Assembly (NCBI GenBank): GCA_045591905.1
Contig: JAZNTS010000216.1
Coordinates: 1-39,921 of the forward strand
Source: Oscillospiraceae bacterium
GTDB taxonomy: Bacteria > Bacillota > Clostridia > Oscillospirales > Ruminococcaceae
DNA: 39,921 bases
Direction of reading: 5' to 3'
The notes below the pieces were generated by a model. It was not told the DNA's origin. It worked only from the letters and a program-made list of their open reading frames with translations, and ran no database searches. This document shows, piece after piece, positions 17,780-26,997 of the stretch. Each line of letters opens with the position of its first letter. The first letter of the stretch is position 1. The translations under genes and the position numbers were made by a program.

Positions 17780-19486
17780 ATGCAGATGGCTGCACCTATC
17801 AAAAACCTACCTATAGGTAAGATCCTTGTTGAAAACGGCTTCATTACTGAGGCTCAGCTTGAGGAGGCGCTTGCAAAGCAGCGTTCTTCTGATGGCAAGA
17901 TGCTTGGTGACGTTATGCTTGAGATGGGACTTGTGTCCGAAACTCAGCTTGCTCAGGCACTTTCCATAAGACTGAAGGTTCCTTTTGTTGACCTTTCAAC
18001 CACACAGATAAACCGCGAGGCGGTTATGAAGATACCCGAGGAAAAGGCTAAGGAAAAGCTTGTACTCGCGTATGCAATAAATAACAACCGTCTTATGGTC
18101 GCAACAAATGACCCTATCAACTTCTACATATTTGAAGAATTGAAGGTGCAGACGGGCATGGAGATCGTTCCGCAGATCTCCACAAAAACTGCCATCACCG
18201 AGGCTATCGGTAAGTATTACTCGCAGCAGCAGGTAGATAGTGCCGTTAACGAGTTGAATGACGGCGCTCAGGGCGAGGAGATCTCTGCTGAGCAGCAGGA
18301 GTCAGGCGAGCGTATCGATAATGCGCCAATCGTTAAGCTGGTTAACATGATGGCGGAAACAGCGTTCAGACTGAAAGCGACAGATATTCATATTGAGGCG
18401 TTTAAGACAAGAACAAGGATCCGTTTCAGAATGGACGGTGAGCTTGTTGAGCAGGATATGAAGGTTCCGATCGCATTCCATAACTCTATTATTACACGTA
18501 TCAAGATCCTTGGCGGTATGAACATCGCCGAGAAGAGAATCCCGCTTGACGGTCGTTACAGTATGATCATTGACGGCATTCAGCAGGACTTCCGTGTATC
18601 TACAATTCCTTGCGTATGGGGTGAAAAGTGCGTTATCCGTTTACTTTCCTCCGCTGATGAAAAGACAAGAAGGATCACCGACCTCGGTATGACGGATTAT
18701 AACTACGAGATGTACAAGCAGATAATCCGCTGCCCCAACGGCGTTATGCTGGTTACAGGTCCTACGGGTTCAGGTAAGTCTACAACTCTTTACGCTACAC
18801 TTGGTGAGCTTTCTCAACCTAACGTTAACATTGTAACGGTCGAAGACCCTGTCGAGAAACGTATCGACGGCGTAAACCAGTGTCAGATCAACGACAAGGC
18901 AGGTATGACCTTTGCTGCGGCTCTGCGTTCTATCCTGCGTCAGGACCCCGATATCATAATGGTCGGTGAGATTCGTGACGGTGAGACCGCCGATATCGCT
19001 ATCCGTGCGGCTATCACGGGACACTTTGTTCTTTCAACACTGCATACCAACGATGCGGCTTCCACTATCGTCCGTCTGGTAGATATGGGCGTTGCGCCTT
19101 ACATGGTTGCTTCCTCCGTTGTAGGTATCATCGCTCAGCGACTTGTTAAGCTGCTTTGCAACGAGTGCAAGGAAAAATATACTCTTACAGACCCCGCAGA
19201 TCTCCGTCTTGTAGGCAAGACACAGCCTGTTGATATTTATCGTCCCAAGAAGGGCGGCTGCAAGGCTTGCAGAAATACGGGCCATTCAGGTCGTACCGCT
19301 ATCCATGAGATCATCGTTACATCTAACGATATCAAGGAGCTTATCTCCGCGGGCGCTACCGCTGAGGAGATCGGTGAGCAGGCTAAGAAGAACGGCACAA
19401 GACTGCTACGTGACAACGTAACAGAGATGGTGCTTGCAGGTCGTACGACCATGGACGAGCTTGTAAAGGCTACATATACCGTATAA
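17780..19486 (+). CDS. pilB: Type IV pilus extension ATPase PilB with N-terminal MshEN-like domain
   Basis: ATDIHIE, IAEKRIPLDG, GPTGSGKSTT, TVEDPVE, LRQDPDIIMVGEIRD, CxxC...CxxC Zn motif. Confidence 0.96.
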   Translation: MQMAAPIKNLPIGKILVENGFITEAQLEEALAKQRSSDGKMLGDVMLEMGLVSETQLAQALSIRLKVPFVDLSTTQINREAVMKIPEEKAKEKLVLAYAINNNRLMVATNDPINFYIFEELKVQTGMEIVPQISTKTAITEAIGKYYSQQQVDSAVNELNDGAQGEEISAEQQESGERIDNAPIVKLVNMMAETAFRLKATDIHIEAFKTRTRIRFRMDGELVEQDMKVPIAFHNSIITRIKILGGMNIAEKRIPLDGRYSMIIDGIQQDFRVSTIPCVWGEKCVIRLLSSADEKTRRITDLGMTDYNYEMYKQIIRCPNGVMLVTGPTGSGKSTTLYATLGELSQPNVNIVTVEDPVEKRIDGVNQCQINDKAGMTFAAALRSILRQDPDIIMVGEIRDGETADIAIRAAITGHFVLSTLHTNDAASTIVRLVDMGVAPYMVASSVVGIIAQRLVKLLCNECKEKYTLTDPADLRLVGKTQPVDIYRPKKGGCKACRNTGHSGRTAIHEIIVTSNDIKELISAGATAEEIGEQAKKNGTRLLRDNVTEMVLAGRTTMDELVKATYTV

Positions 19487-19586
19487 AAAGGCTGACAAAA
19501 GCAAATACGCTTTCGTTATCCTTTGGGAATATGCATTTTGTTTCATTTTATTTCATATTTATTTTTTATTTAAAGGAGAGTTCAAA

Positions 19587-20672
19587 GTGGAAGGTAATAA
19601 CAACATCATGGACATCAACCGTATTCTGGACGAGGCAAGAGAGCTTGGCTGCTCGGACTTGCATTTTACCGCAGGTCTTCCGCCCATAGTACGTCTGCAC
19701 GGCTCCATCAGAAAGCTCAGCGGATACCCTGATTGCACTGAACCCATCATTGTAAACATTATCAACCAGATCACATCTATCAAGCACAAGTCCCAGATCT
19801 CCAAGGGCCTTGACACTGACTTCTCATACGTTTCCACTTCGGGCTTCCGTCACAGAGTTAACGTATACAGACAGCGCGGCTACCACGCAGTAGCGCTCCG
19901 TCTGCTGAGAAACGATATCCCCACACTTGCAGACCTCAGTCTGCCCGGCACTCTGGGCGAGTTCTCACTTGCGCCCCGTGGACTTGTTCTTGTAACAGGC
20001 CCTACAGGTTCGGGTAAATCTACAACTCTTGCGGCTATGATCGACCATATCAACCGTCAGAAGAACTGCCACATCATCACTGTTGAGGATCCTATCGAGT
20101 ATCTGCACACACATAAGCAGTCCATGGTAAACCAGCGTGAGATCGGTCAGGACGTTGACAGCTTCGCAGGCTCTCTGCGTGCTGCGCTCCGTGAAGACCC
20201 CGATGTTATCCTCGTAGGTGAGATGCGTGACTTTGAAACAATCAACGCCGCAGTAACCGCCGCAGAAACAGGTCACTTGGTGTTCTCCACACTGCATACA
20301 ACGGGTGCGGCAGAAACTATCGACCGTATCATCGACGTTTATCCTCCTCACTCTCAGGGACAGATCAGATCGCAGCTTGCAAACTCCATCGTTGGTATTA
20401 TCTCTCAGACGCTCGTTCCCACATCGGACGGCAAGGGCAGATGCGCCGCACTGGAGATACTTGCGGCAACTGACGCTATCCGCTCCATGATCCGTGAGGG
20501 TAAGATATTCCAGATTCCCACAGCTATCGCAACAGGTAAGAAGAATGGAATGTTCACGCTTGATCAGGATCTCGCAAGACTTGTGCGCATGGGTAAGATA
20601 TCCAACGAAACCGCGCTCGGCCGTTGTCAGGATCCCAATGAGTATAAGCGTTACCTCGATATGGGTGTATAA
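19587..20672 (+). CDS. pilT: Type IV pilus retraction ATPase PilT
   Basis: SDLHF, GPTGSGKSTTLAAMID, LREDPDVILVGEMRD, AIRSMIRE (AIRNLIRE motif). Confidence 0.96.
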   Translation: MEGNNNIMDINRILDEARELGCSDLHFTAGLPPIVRLHGSIRKLSGYPDCTEPIIVNIINQITSIKHKSQISKGLDTDFSYVSTSGFRHRVNVYRQRGYHAVALRLLRNDIPTLADLSLPGTLGEFSLAPRGLVLVTGPTGSGKSTTLAAMIDHINRQKNCHIITVEDPIEYLHTHKQSMVNQREIGQDVDSFAGSLRAALREDPDVILVGEMRDFETINAAVTAAETGHLVFSTLHTTGAAETIDRIIDVYPPHSQGQIRSQLANSIVGIISQTLVPTSDGKGRCAALEILAATDAIRSMIREGKIFQIPTAIATGKKNGMFTLDQDLARLVRMGKISNETALGRCQDPNEYKRYLDMGV

Positions 20673-20696
20673 TTCGGCTGTCAATAAAACCATATA

Positions 20697-20758
20697 TCTA
20701 CCCGCGGCGTACATAAGGTGCGCTGTCGGGCAGACTTCCGCGCATCTGCGGGCTTTTC
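20697..20758 (-). repeat. Partial copy of structured repeat related to 488-568
   Basis: Minus strand AAAAGCCCGCAGATGCGCGGAAG then hairpin TCTGCCCG/CGGGTAGA with apical GCGCAC-CTTAT-GTACGC. Confidence 0.35.
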
Positions 20759-20876
20759 GCCAACCAAATGCTCGTTACAGAGCATTTGCGTTTGTGCAAT
20801 TTCACTAGTTTTTATTCTGATTATCATGGTTTTTTTACGAAAATCGCATTTCAAAGGTTTTTTTTTCAAAAAAAGC

Positions 20877-20905
20877 TTGCAATTTTAAACACCATGCGAT
20901 ATAAT
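20877..20905 (+). promoter_or_regulatory. sigmaA promoter of the major pilin gene
   Basis: TTGCAA-17-TATAAT preceded by T9/A7 UP-like tracts. Confidence 0.75.
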
Positions 20906-20999
20906 TAGTTTACAACAGAGAACACCCTCTGTTAATTGCATTGGATATAACTCCGCTGGGGTTATACATAAAAAATTTTTTATTTAGGAGGTCTTTACA

Positions 21000-21680
21000 A
21001 TGATAAAGAAGCTTCAGGCCCTCAAGGCTAAGAAGGGTTTTACCCTCGTTGAGCTGATCGTAGTTATCGCTATCATCGGCGTACTCGCAGCTATCCTCGT
21101 TCCCACAATGCTGGGCTACGTTACCTCTTCTCAGGTAACATCTGTTAACTCTACAGCAGCGTCCATCAAGAACAACATCGACGCATTCCTGACCGACTGT
21201 GATACAAACGGTTACGGTATGCTGAGAGGTTCCGGTCAGAACTCCACATTCGACATCACAGTAACAGGTGGTACATGGTCTCTGGCTAATCTGTCTAAGA
21301 CAGCTTTCAAGGACGGCAACGGTAAGGCTTGGACCGGTTCCGGTTCCGGTTCTGCTGGCGCAACAAAGGTTGGTGTTACAGGTCCCGAGTCTCTGCTCTG
21401 CATCGAGCTCGCTAACCTCTTCCCCGAGGTAGAGACAGCTTCTATCAAGGTATATGTAGAAGGCGGCAAGTGCCTCGCAGTTGCTTACACAGCTGATACT
21501 GATGCTGCTCTGACAACCGGTACAAACTGCCCCAACATCACTGCTGGTACTGCAGCAGCTTCCGGTGGTTGGACACAGAATGCTACTGGCGGCGTTGTTT
21601 TCGCTTGGGACAACACAACTGCTGGTGTAACTTCTGACGGTATGATCGTTGGTACAGCTCCTGAGGTAGCTCTGGGCTAA
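21000..21680 (+). CDS. pilA: Major type IV pilin
   Basis: KKG|FTLVELIVVIAIIGVLAAILVP; own promoter, AGGAGG RBS, high-expression codon bias (GGT/GCT/ACA/TTC). Confidence 0.9.
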   Translation: MIKKLQALKAKKGFTLVELIVVIAIIGVLAAILVPTMLGYVTSSQVTSVNSTAASIKNNIDAFLTDCDTNGYGMLRGSGQNSTFDITVTGGTWSLANLSKTAFKDGNGKAWTGSGSGSAGATKVGVTGPESLLCIELANLFPEVETASIKVYVEGGKCLAVAYTADTDAALTTGTNCPNITAGTAAASGGWTQNATGGVVFAWDNTTAGVTSDGMIVGTAPEVALG

Positions 21681-21720
21681 TATTTAGGTACATACCTAAA
21701 GCAACTAACTAAACACAATG

Positions 21721-21749
21721 TTCCTCGGCGGCGCAAGCCGTCGGGGAAT
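21721..21749 (+). terminator. Hairpin after pilA (attenuating terminator/stabiliser)
   Basis: TTCCTCGGCGGC-GCAA-GCCGTCGGGGAA, imperfect U-tract. Confidence 0.6.
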
Positions 21750-21831
21750 TGGTGTTGTTAAGGCTCTTCAGTTTTTTTGCCTGTGTTTTGTAGCAGTACA
21801 GAGTAAAGGCAAGAAAATTGGGAGGTTGGTT

Positions 21832-22506
21832 ATGAAAAGGATATTGGCAAAAAGCGGCTTCACCCTAGTGGAGCTTATTGTCGTTATTGCAATCATAGGT
21901 GTGTTGGCAGCAATACTTGTGCCTGTCATGATAGGCTTCAACACAAACTCTCAGGTGGTCTCTGCAAATTCCACAGCAGCATCAATGGAGGACTTTATTG
22001 AGCGTTTTCTTACCGAATGCGACGCAAAGGGCTGCGGAATGTATAGTTCAAATACCGTGGCGACGACCATCACTGTCACTGTGAGCGACAGCAGCGGCAC
22101 TCCCACTTGGACGGTTTCGGTGGCTGATCCCAGTACCTTTAAAAGCGGCGGCGGTGTGAGCTGGACGACCGCAGGTAAAGGCATGACATTTTCCGACTCG
22201 ATGGCTTCAGCGGCTTCGTCGGGACAGGATACGCTTGCGCTGAGAATGTGTAACGAGTTCCGCGATGTTGAGAATGCTTACATATGGGTGGCAGTGAAAA
22301 AAGGAAATGTAGAGGCGCTCTATTTCAATCCCGAGGGCGTTAGTGTTCCCCAGCTTGAAACGCAATACAGCAGTGGAGTGCTTGGCGCTACAGCTGATGT
22401 TGACTGGGATAAAAGAGTCTGCAAGTGGGACGACAACAACGCAGGAGTTGCTAAGCTCGGGTATATCGTGGGCACATCGCCCGCACTTACACTTGGTACT
22501 CCCTAA
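21832..22506 (+). CDS. Second type IV pilin, full-length paralogue of the major pilin
   Basis: KSG|FTLVELIVVIAIIGVLAAILVP; shares SQV.S.NSTAAS, FLT.CD..G.GM, WD...AGV...G.IVGT.P with pilA; GGGAGG before ATG 21832. Confidence 0.88.
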   Translation: MKRILAKSGFTLVELIVVIAIIGVLAAILVPVMIGFNTNSQVVSANSTAASMEDFIERFLTECDAKGCGMYSSNTVATTITVTVSDSSGTPTWTVSVADPSTFKSGGGVSWTTAGKGMTFSDSMASAASSGQDTLALRMCNEFRDVENAYIWVAVKKGNVEALYFNPEGVSVPQLETQYSSGVLGATADVDWDKRVCKWDDNNAGVAKLGYIVGTSPALTLGTP

Positions 22507-22543
22507 AGATGAAATAACGAAAAAGCACAAGGAGGCATTCGTG

Positions 22544-23242
22544 ATGGGATATTTTTACAAGTTAAAGGCTAAAAAAGGTTTCACAATAGTGGAGCTTATC
22601 ATAGTTGTTGCTATCATCGGTGTACTGATAGCTATCGTAGCACCGCTGTTTTCGAGCGATCAGGCCAGACGCGACGCTGCTGATATTTATGCGTCGGATT
22701 TCTATTCGGGCTTGCAGTACAACTTTACGCGTTATCAAAAGACTGAGGCGGACATCACACCGAAGTTTGCTGACCCCACAGAACAGGAATTTATCAAGTT
22801 CAGTGCTGATGTCGGTGGAAATGTGCTGACGAAAACGATCTACATCGAAATAATGTACGATCAGGGCATAAAATATGTTCATATTGCGGATAGCCTGTTT
22901 AAACTGACAAATTTAGGTAACGACGCTTCTTCTACAGCTTTTGAAAAGCTTATCGAAAATGATATGAACGATATCGTAAACGGTGGCTCTAAGGGTTATT
23001 ATTATGCCAAGGTGACAATGGATACCAGCTATAACCTCAAGGTCAAGACTGTACATTTCACCGAAGAACGACTTCCTGCTGTTGTTGGTAGTGTTGACAG
23101 TTATAGGACCGACGCTCTCCATTTTATCGATAATGGCGTAATAGCTACCGGCAGCATCTGCGGAACTTGCAGCAGCGAGAAAAACATCACCAACGGCTAT
23201 GTCGGCGGCGTAGGTACATACTTCATGAATGAAGCTCCGTAA
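22544..23242 (+). CDS. Third type IV pilin (divergent, minor)
   Basis: KAKKG|FTIVELIIVVAIIGVL; AAGGAGG RBS before ATG 22544. Confidence 0.88.
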   Translation: MGYFYKLKAKKGFTIVELIIVVAIIGVLIAIVAPLFSSDQARRDAADIYASDFYSGLQYNFTRYQKTEADITPKFADPTEQEFIKFSADVGGNVLTKTIYIEIMYDQGIKYVHIADSLFKLTNLGNDASSTAFEKLIENDMNDIVNGGSKGYYYAKVTMDTSYNLKVKTVHFTEERLPAVVGSVDSYRTDALHFIDNGVIATGSICGTCSSEKNITNGYVGGVGTYFMNEAP

Positions 23243-23251
23243 TAATTTTAA

Positions 23252-23288
23252 AAAATCTCCCCGAAACACTAAAGTTTCGGGGATTTTT
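23252..23288 (+). terminator. Intrinsic terminator of the pilin cluster
   Basis: CCCCGAAAC-ACTAAA-GTTTCGGGG followed by ATTTTT. Confidence 0.75.
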
Positions 23289-23296
23289 GTCGATAA
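23270..23296 (+). promoter_or_regulatory. sigma28 (SigD/FliA) promoter of late flagellar operon
   Basis: TAAA-15 nt-GTCGATAA versus consensus TAAA-N15-GCCGATAA; upstream of flgM/flgN/flgK. Confidence 0.72.
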
Positions 23297-23356
23297 TATA
23301 TACAGGGATAAGTATGCTTTGGCTACTTATCAAACTTTCGATAAGGAGGCAATTAT

Positions 23357-23620
23357 ATGGATATTAAAAGAATTAACGGCGTAATTTCGGCTTACAGCCC
23401 TAATCGCAGCGGTAATGTCAAGAAGACAGAGGCCTCCGCTTCCGTTAAGAATATCGACCGCGTAGAGTTTGGCTTCGAGACCGCGCTCAACGCTGCCAAA
23501 AAAGCTATCAGCGCAGAGGTAAAGGCTGACGCTTCCGAGCAGGAGCTTGCAACGGCTAAGCAGACCGCAGAGGACGGCATCTCCGCAAGCGAGTTGGCTT
23601 CCTACATTCTGTTAGGGTAA
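23357..23620 (+). CDS. flgM: Putative anti-sigma28 factor FlgM (divergent)
   Basis: 87 aa, M.I..I....AY start, DRVE motif, position before flgN-flgK; C-terminal motif atypical. Confidence 0.55.
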   Translation: MDIKRINGVISAYSPNRSGNVKKTEASASVKNIDRVEFGFETALNAAKKAISAEVKADASEQELATAKQTAEDGISASELASYILLG

Positions 23621-23626
23621 GGCGTT

Positions 23627-24106
23627 ATGGATATCAGAACGACTCAGGCTGTCATAAAATGCCTTGAGATAGACTGCGACTTCTACCGCGAGCTTTCCAT
23701 GTTCCTCATGAAAAAGCACACAAAAATACTTGAGGACGACCTTGAATGGCTGACGAACTCCCTAAACGATGAGCAGGCGTACGTTATGAAGAGCCAATCG
23801 CTGGAAAATAAGCGATTGGAGCTTTTCAAGGGTTTAGGCATTGCGGATAAGAAGCTTACCGAGCTTATTGAAGAGGCTCCCGAGGACTACAGGGCAAAGC
23901 TGAAATTGCTCGGAACGCAGCTTACAGAGCTTGTTGACAGCATAAAAGAGATGAACGAAAAAACGAACGAGATAGTTAAGCGCAAGCTTGATAATCAGAC
24001 AGAGTTCGTAAAGCGTGCGGGCATACTCAACAAGCCCGAGACTTACAATAAAAACGCGGCTAAAGAGACACGCGGCTCGTCGGCAACGGTTATCCGCAAG
24101 ATATAG
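23627..24106 (+). CDS. flgN: Flagellar chaperone FlgN
   Basis: Helical, LENKR, N..IV...L, TY motif near C-terminus; precedes flgK. Confidence 0.8.
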   Translation: MDIRTTQAVIKCLEIDCDFYRELSMFLMKKHTKILEDDLEWLTNSLNDEQAYVMKSQSLENKRLELFKGLGIADKKLTELIEEAPEDYRAKLKLLGTQLTELVDSIKEMNEKTNEIVKRKLDNQTEFVKRAGILNKPETYNKNAAKETRGSSATVIRKI

Positions 24107-24117
24107 GAGGAAAATAT

Positions 24118-25665
24118 ATGCGTCCCACTTTCCTAGGATTTGAAGCGCAGAAGCGCACACTTCAAGTAGCACAGAAAAGCCTTGATATAACAGGCAACAA
24201 CCTTTCAAATACAAATACCGTCGGCTATACAAGACAGCGCGTCGATCTTTACGCGATGTATATTTCGGGAAATCAGAGCCTGCGCTGGTGCAGCGAGACC
24301 AACAATCTTTCCCTTACAGGTCAGGGCGTTAATGCTCACGGCGTAAGTCAGATCAGAGATATCTATATTGACAAGCGCTTCCGCGAGAGCACCGCGGTAG
24401 AGGCTGAAACAGAGCAGACAATGGAGATACTTTCCGAAATAGAGGATATTCTCGATAACTTCGAAACAGACGGTCTGCTCCATTTCACAGAGGAGTTCTT
24501 CTCCGCACTTCAGGACTACTCCGTTGAGAAGCCTGACAGTACAGAGGTAGCTACTCTTGCAGTAAACTCAGGCGTAAACCTCTGCCGACTGCTCAATGAT
24601 TACGACATACAGCTTCGTCAGGTAGAGGATACATACGTTAGAGAGCTTGAGGATACGGTTGAATACATCAACACACTGCTTGATGACATAAATCTGCTCA
24701 ACGACAAGATCGAGGAGGAACTGCTGAATTACCCCGAGGGCTACGGTCCAAACGAGCTTTACGACCAGCTCAATCTCTACGTTGACGAGCTCGCAAACTA
24801 CGGTGAGATAGATGTCACCAAAAATTCCAATGGTACGTTCACTATCGACCTTTGCGGAATCCGCGTGGTTGACGGTATCGAGTTCAAGACAAATCGCCTT
24901 ATAATGGAGGAGTATGACAACTTTGGTCAGGCTATAATCCACTATGAGAGCGGCGAGAACCTGAATGCGCAGACAGGTATCCTGAAGAGCTATTTCAATA
25001 TGCTCAACGGTAACGGCGTTTACGCTACAGGAAACCAGAACGGCGAGTACGGTATCGCATACTTCAAATCCGCTATAGATGAGTTTGCGGCTACGCTTGC
25101 AAATACATTCAATTCCGCTAACGGCGCTGATGAGGATCCCTCAAGAGCGATGTTCGTTACAGACCCTGCAAACGCACTGTTCACCGCAGGAAATATCCAC
25201 GTGAGCGAGCAGTGGCTTCAGGATCCCACAATGATAGGTCAGGTAAGAACTATCGACGAAATGACAGGTCTTTATCAGTACGGCTTCGATGAGGTGACTG
25301 ATGAAACAGGCAAGCTGATGCTTCAGAATACAAACGTTATCTATCTGCTGTCGCAGTTTGAGAACGAGGCTGTGAAGTTCGGTAATGCGCACGATTTCCA
25401 AGGCGATGTTTACGAGTATATTTCCTTTATGAGCAACCGTCTTGCACAGACGATAACCTATGAAAAGAGCCGCTATGACGCCGCTGTTTCGACAGTAGAC
25501 ACTCTGCTTGATGCAAGAGATGAGGTGTCGGGCGTTGATATGGACGAAGAGGGTATCAATATGCTGAACTACCAGAAATGGTACAGCGCTTCCTCTCGTA
25601 TGCTGACGACCCTTGACGACTGCCTTGATAAGCTGATCAACGGCACGGGCAGAGTTGGTCTGTAA
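24118..25665 (+). CDS. flgK: Flagellar hook-associated protein 1
   Basis: LDITGNNLSNTNTVGYTRQR; VSGVDMDEE..NML.YQ..YSAS. Confidence 0.95.
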   Translation: MRPTFLGFEAQKRTLQVAQKSLDITGNNLSNTNTVGYTRQRVDLYAMYISGNQSLRWCSETNNLSLTGQGVNAHGVSQIRDIYIDKRFRESTAVEAETEQTMEILSEIEDILDNFETDGLLHFTEEFFSALQDYSVEKPDSTEVATLAVNSGVNLCRLLNDYDIQLRQVEDTYVRELEDTVEYINTLLDDINLLNDKIEEELLNYPEGYGPNELYDQLNLYVDELANYGEIDVTKNSNGTFTIDLCGIRVVDGIEFKTNRLIMEEYDNFGQAIIHYESGENLNAQTGILKSYFNMLNGNGVYATGNQNGEYGIAYFKSAIDEFAATLANTFNSANGADEDPSRAMFVTDPANALFTAGNIHVSEQWLQDPTMIGQVRTIDEMTGLYQYGFDEVTDETGKLMLQNTNVIYLLSQFENEAVKFGNAHDFQGDVYEYISFMSNRLAQTITYEKSRYDAAVSTVDTLLDARDEVSGVDMDEEGINMLNYQKWYSASSRMLTTLDDCLDKLINGTGRVGL

Positions 25666-25683
25666 GGCTGAAAGGAGTTCTAA

Positions 25684-26961
25684 ATGAGAATTACAAATTC
25701 AACGATGCTGCGTAACTACGACAGAAATCTGAAAAGATTAAGCACAAATAAATTCAACTCCGAGCAGAAGATATTCACAGGCCGCTCGTTTAGCCGTGCA
25801 AGCGAAAATCCGCTGAATGCGGCTAAGGCGCTGACGGTAAGAAAGCAGCTTTCCAGAATGTCGCAGTACATGGAAAATCTTGATGTTGCGGATAAGTTCT
25901 ACACTGAGGCTGAGACCTCAATGCTGCAGATATCCGATCAGCTTGCTACCATACGCGAAACTCTCATTGCTGCGTGTAACAGCACAAAGGAAGAGAATGT
26001 TGACCTCAAGATATACGCACAGCAGCTTGAAACGAAAGCAAAGGAAATGTGTGCGATATTCAATACAGACACAGCAGAGCGTGTTATCTTCGGCGGCGAG
26101 AGCAACGACCCCGAGCCGTTCTCTCTCTCTTATGACGAGTACGGATTTGCAGACGAGATGCTTTATCACGGTGTGCCGATAAACGCATACACAGACTACA
26201 AGAATTTCCCCTATTCCAACGATGTTTACATAGATATCGGTATCGGAATGGTTGTGGATCAGGAAACCCAGGCAATTGATTCACAGACAGCACTGAAAGT
26301 ATCCTTTAACGGTGCAGATATTACAGGCTGTGGTGTTGAGGAATACAAGGCTTCTTTAGACGCTGAGCAGCTCGAGGACGGAAAAAAGTATACGCTTAAT
26401 TTCTATGTAGAGGGAAAAACCACACAGGTTTCCTTTATTGCAGGAGCGGACGCTGCGACAAGCATCGCGAACCTCAACACAGAGCTTACTGCCGCATATA
26501 AGGGTAAAAAGGCAGTCCCTGTTGTTGACGCAGACGGAAATATCACCGCGGGCGACGCTACTGTTTATGTTACAAACAACGCTGATTCCGAGAACAAAGC
26601 AACTGTAGAGAATGACTACGGTTTTGCAAAGAACTACATACAGATAACTCTTGACGCTGCAAAGGCGCTGAGAGAGGGCGATATCGAATATGCAAACGCC
26701 TGCATTGACAGGATAGTTTCTTCTACTGAAAACCTGCTTATCGAGATCGCTGACCTCGGTAACGCTGAGGAATTTATCGAGTTCAACCAGACTCGTTTTG
26801 AAACCAGAGAGCTTAACCTGAAAGACAGACAGGACACTTTGGAGGCGACAGACCTCGAATATGAGATCACACTGCAAAAGACTTATGAGGCGCTTTACAA
26901 TGCTTGTCTGCAGATGTCCAGCACAGTGGTTCCGAACAGCATTTTCAGCTATATAAGATAA
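25684..26961 (+). CDS. flgL: Flagellar hook-associated protein 3
   Basis: MRITNS, TG......SENP, IFGG, C-terminal YNACLQ...SIFSYIR; follows flgK. Confidence 0.9.
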   Translation: MRITNSTMLRNYDRNLKRLSTNKFNSEQKIFTGRSFSRASENPLNAAKALTVRKQLSRMSQYMENLDVADKFYTEAETSMLQISDQLATIRETLIAACNSTKEENVDLKIYAQQLETKAKEMCAIFNTDTAERVIFGGESNDPEPFSLSYDEYGFADEMLYHGVPINAYTDYKNFPYSNDVYIDIGIGMVVDQETQAIDSQTALKVSFNGADITGCGVEEYKASLDAEQLEDGKKYTLNFYVEGKTTQVSFIAGADAATSIANLNTELTAAYKGKKAVPVVDADGNITAGDATVYVTNNADSENKATVENDYGFAKNYIQITLDAAKALREGDIEYANACIDRIVSSTENLLIEIADLGNAEEFIEFNQTRFETRELNLKDRQDTLEATDLEYEITLQKTYEALYNACLQMSSTVVPNSIFSYIR

Positions 26962-26997
26962 ACAAAACGGTAATTATATATTCAGGAGGTGTTTGAT

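Noticed and set aside
20858-20874. Phase variation through T9/A7 tracts upstream of the pilA promoter
   Set aside because: Tracts are short and outside the -35/-10 spacer; more simply UP-element sequence
21000-22506. pilE/pilS-like antigenic variation or shufflon
   Set aside because: All pilins have intact starts and RBSs, DNA identity is broken at synonymous sites, and no recombinase or inversion sites were seen
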